From the sequence record DRR723986_8790: 37,250 bases of DNA. One strand, 5' to 3'. Below the pieces are notes generated by a model. The model was not told the origin of the DNA. It was given only the letters and a program-made list of their open reading frames with translations, and searched no databases. Position numbers and translations under genes: made by a program. Within the stretch, counting starts at the first letter, position 1, and each line of letters starts with the position of its first letter. Positions 29,700 to 37,250 of this stretch are shown here, piece after piece.

Positions 29700-30250
29700 G
29701 AGGCAATTTCAGTGTAACGCCTTCGAAACCCAATGTCTACAATTTCCACTCGGCTTCTCTGGCACCGCGGAGTTCTGGATTGCGGAAGCCAGAACTGGAT
29801 CTTGGATCACGGTGCCTTCGGAGATCCACAAGCTTTCCTTCGGCGGCTTATACAGCAGCTTCAGGCTCGAACTCAGTTTTTCGCACAATCCAAGCGTCGA
29901 ACTCGTTCACTGCAGATGGCTGGCTAGAGCGTCGCGTAGAAAACGCGTGGTACGCTTTGAGCCCAAAATGAAGCTCATAGAGGTTATGAGTGGGCCAGCG
30001 GTCGAACCGGGACTTGTCGGTCGGGGTAAGGGTGATCGACGAAGGACGCCAATTCGGCGGCGCTCAGCTAGACCAACTTGTCCAAGCGGAGTAGATCTAG
30101 CGAAATCAAGATGGGGCGGCCACAACTCAGTCGCTGATTCAAATGGCCGTGGTACGAATGCGCACTTGATCTCAATTCCACAAGCTATCGCAAGGCGCTT
30201 GTGGTGATCGGATTTCCACCTCGTGCTCTCGGCGCCCTTCAAGGTTTCTG
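29700..30250. ncRNA. candidate large structured RNA, unidentified
   Basis: No credible CDS; series of 5-9 bp local stems, a possible pseudoknot and GNRA/UUCG-like loops (see findings). Confidence 0.4.
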
Positions 30251-30309
30251 AATGTCAGAATTCAGAATACCGGGCCGCAAGATTCAAAAATAGAGCTCGT
30301 TTGGTGGGC

Positions 30310-30582
30310 CTAGGCGGCAGATTGACTGGTCACCATCAGGTGAGCCATACGACTCTTTAGCCGAGCGGCCTTGTTCTTGTGGATGACATTCTTAGCCGCT
30401 GCCTTGTCGAGCAACTTTGCAGTCTCGAGTGCAAGTGTCTTCGCGGTGTCGAAGTCCTTCGCATCTACAGCTTCACGGAACTTACGCAAAGAATGACGCA
30501 TCCGTGTCTTCTTAATGCGGTTACGATCTCGACGGACGATGCTCTGTCGAAGTCGCTTCTTGGCGCCTTGCGTATTCGGCAT
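30310..30582 (-). CDS. rpsT: 30S ribosomal protein S20
   Basis: MPNT..AKKRLRQ...RR.RN, LDKAA.K.VIHKNKAARLKSR. Confidence 0.97.
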   Translation of the reverse strand: MPNTQGAKKRLRQSIVRRDRNRIKKTRMRHSLRKFREAVDAKDFDTAKTLALETAKLLDKAAAKNVIHKNKAARLKSRMAHLMVTSQSAA

Positions 30583-30696
30583 TTATCTCTTCTCTCGGTA
30601 CGACAAAAACCAGTGTGCGGCGAGGGAAACCATTCCCTGCCAGATCCAAATTAAAAACGCTGTGCATGGCGGACTTGGTCCTACCAGCAAATCACT

Positions 30697-30705
30697 ACTA
30701 TAGCA
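30697..30705 (-). promoter_or_regulatory. extended -10 promoter for rpsT
   Basis: Minus strand TGcTATAGT about 115 nt upstream of the ATG. Confidence 0.5.
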
Positions 30706-30742
30706 GGACCGTACACAAGGTCTGAAATGGTGTTCAGTGGGC

Positions 30743-30771
30743 TTGCCAGTCCTGCGAATCCTCCATATTGT
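30743..30771 (+). promoter_or_regulatory. sigma70-like promoter for cobA-hemD
   Basis: TTGCCA-N17-TATTGT. Confidence 0.5.
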
Positions 30772-30863
30772 CCGATTCTTTCCCAACTGTCTAGTCGAAA
30801 TTAGCTTCTGCGCTGGCTCCAACCAGAAAAAGCGGATGCGAAGACTCCATCAGCAATTCGCTA

Positions 30864-32564
30864 ATGACAATTCCTCCTAAAGTCTTCCTTGTTGGCGCTG
30901 GTCCGGGCGATCCTGGACTGGTCACAGTCCGCGGGTTGTTATGCCTTTCGCGAGCTGACTATGTCCTGTACGACGGTCTAGCCAACAGCCGACTCCTGCA
31001 CTTTGCACCGCAGGCGGAGCATATCTGTGTTGGGAAACACGGCAAGACACCAATCTGGCCGCAGGAACAGATCCACGCCAAAATGATCGAGCTTTGCCAG
31101 CCCGGCAAGCAAATCGTGCGACTCAAGGGCGGTGACCCCGCCGTTTTCGCTCGCACCGCCGAGGAAGCGGAAGCACTCAAGGCTGCGGGCATCGGATTCG
31201 AAATCGTGCCAGGCATTACCAGTGGTCTGGCCGTTTCCAGTTACGTCGGAATTCCACTAACGCATCGCGACCATGCTTCAGCGGTTGCATTGGTTACCGG
31301 CAGGCAACAGGCTGGTGCCGATGATACTCTCGACTGGGAGGCCCTAGCCAGGTTTCCCGGCACTCTCGTTTTCTACATGGGCGTCACAACCGCCGAATAC
31401 TGGACCGGCAAACTGATTGCAGCAGGTAAAAGCCCAGAAACCCCCGCCGCAATTGTCAGACGCTGCAGTTGGCCCGATCAGTTGACGCTTCGGTGCAGCC
31501 TGGGAGACGTGGCGAAGGAGCTTACGCCGGCCAGTCGCATTCGCCCGCCTGTTGCCGTCGTAGTTGGCAAAGTCGCCGACGAAGCATGTAGTTATGCACT
31601 TGGTGAACGCGCCGCGTTTGACGAGGAAGAAGCCAGGCAGCTCAGTGACCTCATTCGTCAGATGCAGGCCAGCAGCACTTCCGCTGACAGGGGCTCACGG
31701 CATTCGCCCTCAATGCCATCACGAGGCGATGCACAGATGACTGCAGCAGTTCAGCTCGGCAGCGTTTTACTTACTGCCTCGGACTCGATAAATCGCACAC
31801 TGGAAAGTGAGCTTTCCCAAAGCGGCATCGGTAGTGTTTCGCAGAGCCTATTAAGTCATAGAACTATTCAGCCCTCCGAGCAACTTTCCGCACAGATCAC
31901 GTCGCAATTCCAGCGAATCGCTGCTGGTGAGTTCACTGGCGTGACGTTCTCCAGTCGGCAAGGAGTCCATAGCTTTTTTGACCTTCTCATTTCCACCGGC
32001 TTCGACGTGCGCGACCTCCGAGGCGTGAAGATGTGTTGCGTCGGGCCTGGTACGGCAGAAGCTCTGCTCGAACATGGTATTCAAGCAGACGTTGTGCCGA
32101 GCAGTGAATTTGGAGCAGCAAGCCTAGTGGCCCTGCTCACTGGTAAGGATCGTGACAATCCACTGGGAGCATTCTTGGTTACGACAACCAACACATCTGG
32201 GCACGAACTCGCCGAAGGGATACGTGGTGCTGGGAGTGAAACGGTTGAAGTTGAGGTCTATGAAACCGTGCCTGTTGCAAACTTCACCGACGAAGTGCGT
32301 AGTGCAATTGCTGGAGGGCACATTCGTTTTGCGACCGCAACTAGCTCGCAGATTGCAAAAACGCTCCATAGTCTTTTGGTAGAAGCCAGTTCAGCTACTG
32401 GGAGATTGCCCAACGTAGAAATCGTCGCGTTCGGCGATGAGATAGCTTCTGTCTGCGACGAGCTTGGATTGAAAGTCGCCGCGGTCGCCAAGGAGCGAAC
32501 GAGTCACGCGCTCTCCGCTGCCTTAATCGAATCTTGGCGTCGTTTGGTCCAACTAGAAAGCTGA
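30864..32564 (+). CDS. cobA: uroporphyrinogen-III C-methyltransferase / synthase fusion (CobA-HemD)
   Basis: LVGAGPGDPGL.T, VRLKGGDP.VF, VPGITS, FYMG; HemD-like FSS..GV..FF, VGPGTAEAL..HG..AD, VYET. Confidence 0.92.
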   Translation: MTIPPKVFLVGAGPGDPGLVTVRGLLCLSRADYVLYDGLANSRLLHFAPQAEHICVGKHGKTPIWPQEQIHAKMIELCQPGKQIVRLKGGDPAVFARTAEEAEALKAAGIGFEIVPGITSGLAVSSYVGIPLTHRDHASAVALVTGRQQAGADDTLDWEALARFPGTLVFYMGVTTAEYWTGKLIAAGKSPETPAAIVRRCSWPDQLTLRCSLGDVAKELTPASRIRPPVAVVVGKVADEACSYALGERAAFDEEEARQLSDLIRQMQASSTSADRGSRHSPSMPSRGDAQMTAAVQLGSVLLTASDSINRTLESELSQSGIGSVSQSLLSHRTIQPSEQLSAQITSQFQRIAAGEFTGVTFSSRQGVHSFFDLLISTGFDVRDLRGVKMCCVGPGTAEALLEHGIQADVVPSSEFGAASLVALLTGKDRDNPLGAFLVTTTNTSGHELAEGIRGAGSETVEVEVYETVPVANFTDEVRSAIAGGHIRFATATSSQIAKTLHSLLVEASSATGRLPNVEIVAFGDEIASVCDELGLKVAAVAKERTSHALSAALIESWRRLVQLES

Positions 32565-32784
32565 CGTCAAAGAATCGCTGAATAGTTTAGCAGACCTTCG
32601 CTGACGGGCGTCGCTTGGCCTGCTGAACCTGTATTGATGCGTCATCACCGTCAGCTAAGCGGTGCATCAAAAGCTTTTTCACTAGTCCGTCAAGTGGTTT
32701 CCCCAACATAACGTTGATTGCGATCCATTATCGCCATTGTCTCGGTACAAATAGATGCTCTGGCACTACATCTCCCCGCTTTGG

Positions 32785-33762
32785 CTACCGTCGATCAACG
32801 GTTGCAAACTCAAAATCCAAGTTTGGCAAGTTCTCGCTTGCCCAACCTGCGAGATCGACTTCGTCATCGGCTGTAATCATTTCGACAACCAGTGAATTAG
32901 GTTCATCGCTGTCAGCAAAATGAATGTAGATCGTGCCAACCATGCCGTCCTCGCCAACGATCGTTAAATCGACGCACGGCAGGTAACCTGGCGGTTTTGC
33001 GGGCGTTTCTCCTTGCCACCAAGCCTTATACTCTTCAGTCGCTTGCCCAACGATAGACACCAGCCAAGGGCGATCACCTTGCTGTTTAAGAAACGGGAAT
33101 ATGAATTCGGACTCGGGGGTCTTTAGGCCAGAGAAGCCAATTTCTGCCGATTCTACCCTCTCGAGTTGGCTTACAATTTGCTCCCAACACTTCGCCGTCG
33201 CCTGAATAGTCTCAAATTGAATCGTAGGGACTTTCCCGCCTGCTGTATCGATCTTTTCAAGCATCTCCAAACCAAGCAGTTTCTTCGCGAGTTGACCTTC
33301 TTCTCCCTCGGATGACAAGCCCTTGCCGGGCTCCTTTGAGAGGCTGATCCAGCCAGGGTTCCGCTTTTTGACAGGCGAAAGGCGGCAGATAGTGCTGACT
33401 GGTAAGCCGGAACAAACGGATTCAGTTCTTACTACCAGGCTCCATTTTCTAGGGGCTTCAGTTTGCCGGTTGGAAGATAAGAACCAGTCTACGTACCCGC
33501 GTAGGTGATCCAAATTGAAATTCGACAAATGCTCAAGATCCAACCTCAATAATGCGTCTTCCTTCGGAACACCAAAGATTGGAACGCCACGAATACCCGA
33601 GGGCGGATGCAAGTCTGGAAGCAGATACTCAAAATGATCTTCTTGCGTCGCCGGCACGCAATCCACTCTGCGTCGATCCTCAATAGACATAACAGCATTA
33701 CGCACCGCAAGTAATCCGGACGCATCTGGCGTTGCTTTGCTCTTCCCAACTTTGAATTCCAT
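32785..33762 (-). CDS. hypothetical protein (possibly immunity-like)
   Basis: 325-aa ORF with GAAGGAAG RBS, 13 nt after the upstream stop; no recognisable motif. Confidence 0.75.
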   Translation of the reverse strand: MEFKVGKSKATPDASGLLAVRNAVMSIEDRRRVDCVPATQEDHFEYLLPDLHPPSGIRGVPIFGVPKEDALLRLDLEHLSNFNLDHLRGYVDWFLSSNRQTEAPRKWSLVVRTESVCSGLPVSTICRLSPVKKRNPGWISLSKEPGKGLSSEGEEGQLAKKLLGLEMLEKIDTAGGKVPTIQFETIQATAKCWEQIVSQLERVESAEIGFSGLKTPESEFIFPFLKQQGDRPWLVSIVGQATEEYKAWWQGETPAKPPGYLPCVDLTIVGEDGMVGTIYIHFADSDEPNSLVVEMITADDEVDLAGWASENLPNLDFEFATVDRR

Positions 33763-33775
33763 CCGTACTTCCTTC

Positions 33776-33955
33776 CTAAGGGCTTCGTATGAACTCGGGT
33801 ACTATTCCATTATCTTCAAAAAACTCCCTAAGCTTTGGAGTTAACTGGGAGCTATGCCCTTTCTCAATGATGTAGGCGATATCTTCAGCCCTATCATTCT
33901 CATGTACTATCTCAATCCAAGGAAAACACCGAGCGAGATCGATAGGAACAACCTC
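33776..33955 (-). pseudogene. 3' remnant of a truncated gene
   Basis: Protein-like tail (IEIVHENDRAEDIAYIIEKGHSSQLTPKLREFFEDNGIVPEFIRSP*) closely followed by the next gene; the 5' part of ORF 33776-33979 looks IS-derived. Confidence 0.45.
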
Positions 33956-33959
33956 GCAA

Positions 33960-34525
33960 GCAGAACCATTGCGAATCATATGCGCTGGGGACGCCCGGGA
34001 ATTGCAGGTCGTCCCGACGCGAAAGCGATTAAGTCACAGAGAGCTACGCAACGTGATTCATTCGAGTTCGTACTCCGCTGCGTGTAACGCAAGCAGCTCT
34101 CACGTCCTGGCGTCGTTCAGTCGCTGGATGGTTCGTAGGAACTCACTTGACCGCTTACATTTCTGCTTCCGCTTGGATCGTTTCTCCCGAGTGGCTGATG
34201 GGGTAATGGCCTCGAGAGCTTCGCGTTCGTCACTACGCATTCAATGAAGTGCTCGACCCGAAGCGACATTTGCCGCTTCCTCTCGTCGGTTTTCATTCCG
34301 CTGTACGCTTCCGCAATTGATGGAACACCGGTTTCCTTACGCCAAAGCTCGGCATGACAGCCGTCTGCGCCTTGCCAGCGTTCAGCATCACATCTGCATG
34401 AAGAAGCTTCGCAAAGACTTCCTCTAGCCTATCGATTTACGTTTCGTCATCGGAGTGTCTCCTGTCAAACTGTTGGAGCTCTCAACTCTCAGGCACCTTG
34501 GTTTAGACAAACGGCACCGACAACA
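33960..34525 (-). mobile_element. heavily decayed IS3-family (IS407-group-like) element
   Basis: AGGAG + ATG 34450 gives MTKRK; frameshifted pieces EEVFAKLLHADVMLNAGK...HQLRK and YSGMKTDE resemble OrfA. RASPAHMIRNGS at 33997-33962 resembles the OrfB RG.P.HIRSDNG motif. Ends approximate. Confidence 0.7.
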
Positions 34526-34872
34526 CTGCTGTACTTAGCCGAGCGGGCGGCAAACTTCAATGGGCGATTAGCCAACCACGCTGGGGCGGGGCTTCGTTGG
34601 GTAAAACAGGGGCAAACTTCCAGACTAGCGAAAGTGTTCAATGTCCCGGTAGAATTTCCGCCTTGGACTGTGACAAAGTAAGCCAATACGTTTAGGCTCG
34701 CAAAAACGATCGAACGCAAGGGTGTAACTTTCCGGACCCTAGATTTCGTACAACGTAGCGTGGACAAGTGTGTACTGCGCGTCGAAACGCTTCGGCGTGC
34801 GCCTGGTGCAGGCCTAATCAGATTAAATAACGTCAAGAAATTTTGCCTTGAAACGACTGGAGTAGTCAACTT

Positions 34873-37038
34873 ATGCATTTTCAGTTCAAAGCCCCGCTTC
34901 GCGCAGGAGCCTCCCTGGCGCTGGCCATCGCAATGTCGCTGGGCAGCGTCGCTCGCGCCAGCGACGATTTGTCGACGACGGCCCTTTCGATCGCTGACGA
35001 AGATGCTGCATTCTTCAGCACGAGTGTAAATCTGGCCGATAGCTGGAACGACTTTGCGACCAGTCGCTTCATGCAACGACTTCAGCAAGTCCCCTACGTT
35101 CAAAGCTTGATTGCCGAAGGAACCCAGCAGTGGGATAACCCCGCCGGACCCGTACTGCAAGTAAAGCAGACACTGGAAAGCCCCCTTGCGAAACAGCTTC
35201 TGCAACTGGGCAAGGAAATGTTCAGTGATGAGATCTTCGTTTACGGGGACGCCAAGTGGACATCGATGATCGGGCAGTTCGTCGAAATCAACAATCGTGC
35301 GCAGTATCAAATGGCGCAAGATCCTGAGTCGATGGAAGAGTTCATTAAGAACGAACTGCTTGCCATGGTTGCCAGCGTTGAGATTCCCACGACCGTCATG
35401 GGCTTCCGCGTTGAAGACACCGAGAACGCAATGCTGCAACTGAATGCCTTGGACGGCCTGATCCGCATGGCAGGTTTTTCCGCTGAAGAGCTGCAGCCCG
35501 TGATTCGAAATCTGCAGCGAGCTGACTTGGAAAACGGCCTAAGTTTGTCGCTCACCTTGGATGCTTCATTGGTGCCCTTGGACCAGATGCGTGGCGAAGA
35601 ACGTGAAATCGCCGAGGCTGTTGTTGAAGCCTTAGGCGGACGAAAGATCATTCTTTCGATCGGTGTGAAGGATGGCATTCTCTTGCTAGCCTCCGGCGAA
35701 GAAGAAGGCATCATCGACTCGCTTGGTAAATCAGATTCACCGCTGCTAAATCACGATGCCCTCGCACGACTTCGTGATGCTGCACCGACTCGACTGCGAA
35801 GCGTATCTTATGTTTCGGCTGATTTCAAAGAAGCCGGTTGGCGGGCGAGCATGGAGAACTATTGCCAACGTCTGACGAGCCAGTTGTCTGCCGCCGTTGC
35901 CCAGGAAGCTGGCGAACGACCTGGCGTTACCGAGTGGCTTGAGGACATCGAGCGTGATGCAGTTCAACTAGACGAATTCATCATGGACGCTGCACCTGAG
36001 TTCGGTGCCACGGTTGCTTGGTCTGCTGGGAACGATGTCGGCGCAGAGGGCTATGCCTATGACTTCACGACGCCGAGCGCACTCGAAAACGCGACTCCTC
36101 TATCTGTGGCAAAACACTCCGGGATGAACACTCTGTTCTCGTTCGCCTGCATGCAAGCTGCTGATTCTCCGCAAGCTCGTCAAGCGGCGGAGTACATCTT
36201 GGATGCAGTGCCTCGTCATGTCCGAAACTTCATTGCCACGGCCGAGCAGTCTGACGAGGAGCGGGCACGAGTCCTTGCGGTGTTCGATCGCGGATGGCCA
36301 CTTGTGCTAGAGGCTGTCGAAATTTTGGATACCAAGATCGCACCATCCATGGATCGTCGCCAAAGCGTCATTTCACTTGCGGGCGGATGGATGGTTGACG
36401 ACTTTGGCCCCAACGCTCCACCAATGCCCGGGCCAATGCCGTTGCCAGAGCTTGCCCTTGCGTGTGAGCTCGAGAACTCCGAGTTGTTCCTGAGCGGATG
36501 CAGTGACATGTACGGTGTCTTTGACAAAGTGACCGAGTTGATCAAAGAGGTTTCTCCGAACGCTGTACCACCGGGCTACAACGTACCACGTCCGCAAAGT
36601 GATACGATCCAAGGTGGCCAGCGATTTTATTACGAAGAGTGGGCCGCAAACGTGCCCCTAAAGGGCTTCTTGCCTCAAGTCGCTGTTACTGAGAGCGCCG
36701 CCGTGTTCGGTTATAGCCAACGACAGGTTGATGACATGTTGGCAAACGCGGAGACCAGCCTGGTACCGGCTTGGGTCAAGCCGGACGAGGGTGTTGCAGC
36801 CGCCTGGACCATCAATATCGCCGGAATCACTGACATGATTCGTCCTTGGGCCGAGTTCGGAATCCTTAGTTCGACCGGTTCGCTTGACGTGCCGCTTTCA
36901 CCCCAGCCCGGCCCTGTTCCTACGGGCAATGACGTACTCCAAATCTGGGATTGCCTAACCAGTTTGGGTAAGTTCGTCGGAACTGTGAAAGTGCTCGATG
37001 ATGGCGTCGAATCTCGCTGGGTTTGGATTGAGCAGTAA
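34873..37038 (+). CDS. large exported hypothetical protein
   Basis: 721-aa ORF, GGAG RBS, signal peptide ending ARA. Confidence 0.88.
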   Translation: MHFQFKAPLRAGASLALAIAMSLGSVARASDDLSTTALSIADEDAAFFSTSVNLADSWNDFATSRFMQRLQQVPYVQSLIAEGTQQWDNPAGPVLQVKQTLESPLAKQLLQLGKEMFSDEIFVYGDAKWTSMIGQFVEINNRAQYQMAQDPESMEEFIKNELLAMVASVEIPTTVMGFRVEDTENAMLQLNALDGLIRMAGFSAEELQPVIRNLQRADLENGLSLSLTLDASLVPLDQMRGEEREIAEAVVEALGGRKIILSIGVKDGILLLASGEEEGIIDSLGKSDSPLLNHDALARLRDAAPTRLRSVSYVSADFKEAGWRASMENYCQRLTSQLSAAVAQEAGERPGVTEWLEDIERDAVQLDEFIMDAAPEFGATVAWSAGNDVGAEGYAYDFTTPSALENATPLSVAKHSGMNTLFSFACMQAADSPQARQAAEYILDAVPRHVRNFIATAEQSDEERARVLAVFDRGWPLVLEAVEILDTKIAPSMDRRQSVISLAGGWMVDDFGPNAPPMPGPMPLPELALACELENSELFLSGCSDMYGVFDKVTELIKEVSPNAVPPGYNVPRPQSDTIQGGQRFYYEEWAANVPLKGFLPQVAVTESAAVFGYSQRQVDDMLANAETSLVPAWVKPDEGVAAAWTINIAGITDMIRPWAEFGILSSTGSLDVPLSPQPGPVPTGNDVLQIWDCLTSLGKFVGTVKVLDDGVESRWVWIEQ

Positions 37039-37104
37039 GGCTGTTCTTCCTGGGCGATTCAATTTCGCCTAGCTATCGAAGAGTCTAGTAGCCAAAGACA
37101 CGAA

Positions 37105-37138
37105 CACGCCCCAGTTACTGCTGGGGCGTGATTTTTTT
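37105..37138 (+). terminator. intrinsic terminator
   Basis: CACGCCCCAG-ttactg-CTGGGGCGTG-ATTTTTTT. Confidence 0.9.
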
Positions 37139-37250
37139 GTGCCTCAGTCGTTGTTCTCGTTGCTTTTGCGCGCCATGATCAGCCGCCTGGCGCCAACCTG
37201 CGGTTTTCACGTTGCGCTGATCCAGGGGGAACCGCACGCTTGCGCGTTGC

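Noticed and set aside
29589-29910. tmRNA: GGGGAGAAGGTTCGAC on plus, and a tag-like frame ending EAAV* on minus
   Set aside because: The two signals are on opposite strands, and no T-arm/acceptor 3' end (TTCGANTCCC...CCACCA) exists on either.
30020-30040. RNase P RNA (GGGGTAAGGGTGA resembles a P RNA segment)
   Set aside because: The universal GAGGAAAGTCC and ACAGAA.CCGGCTTA motifs are absent on both strands.
29985-30075. tRNA on minus (GTCCCGGTTCGAC, TAGCTGAG)
   Set aside because: The T-stem does not close properly, and there is no acceptor or anticodon stem.
29357-30242. ORFs 29566-30207 (+), 29357-29749 (-) and 29907-30242 (-)
   Set aside because: Arg/Ser/Pro-rich non-protein-like composition and no RBS; two of them run across a terminator hairpin.
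34545-34750. c-di-GMP-I riboswitch (GGCAAAC twice, GCGAAAG, ACGCAAG)
   Set aside because: P2 pairing and the GACGCAAAG spacing do not fit.
34489-35439. 316-aa minus-strand ORF
   Set aside because: Antisense shadow of the 721-aa gene with no motifs; the same applies to the other overlapping antisense ORFs.
1-37250. CRISPR array, rRNA, prophage
   Set aside because: No regularly spaced repeats, rRNA signatures or phage genes were seen.

Overview
37 kb of a Planctomycetota (Pirellulaceae-like) chromosome, inferred from the DUF1559 prepilin-type gene, split coaB/coaC and typical planctomycete hypotheticals. Positions 1-14.7 kb hold a mostly minus-strand housekeeping cluster: aroF, tpiA, secG, yicC, gmk, rpoZ, coaC, coaB, pyrD, trpS, valS, cdd, apt and a short uvrC-like gene, with suhB on the plus strand. 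The rest mixes envelope/redox genes, hypotheticals, rpsT and cobA-hemD. Best candidates for new biology: (1) A probably leaderless uORF at 14986-15402 with a signal-like N-terminus, CxxC and a C-terminal RGPP. It precedes a C-rich spacer and a His-rich DUF1559 gene, resembling a CruR/DUF2946-type metal-responsive arrest-peptide attenuator, and a palindrome overlaps its -35. (2) A ~550-nt densely structured, apparently non-coding region between rpsT and a terminator. (3) A GIY-YIG nuclease with an export-signal-like N-terminus. Also found, and missed by the ORF track: a decayed IS3-family element upstream of a possible orphan toxin-tip/immunity pair, a stop-interrupted membrane gene and a 58-aa signal-peptide ORF. 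All calls come from motif recognition by eye; no searches were run.
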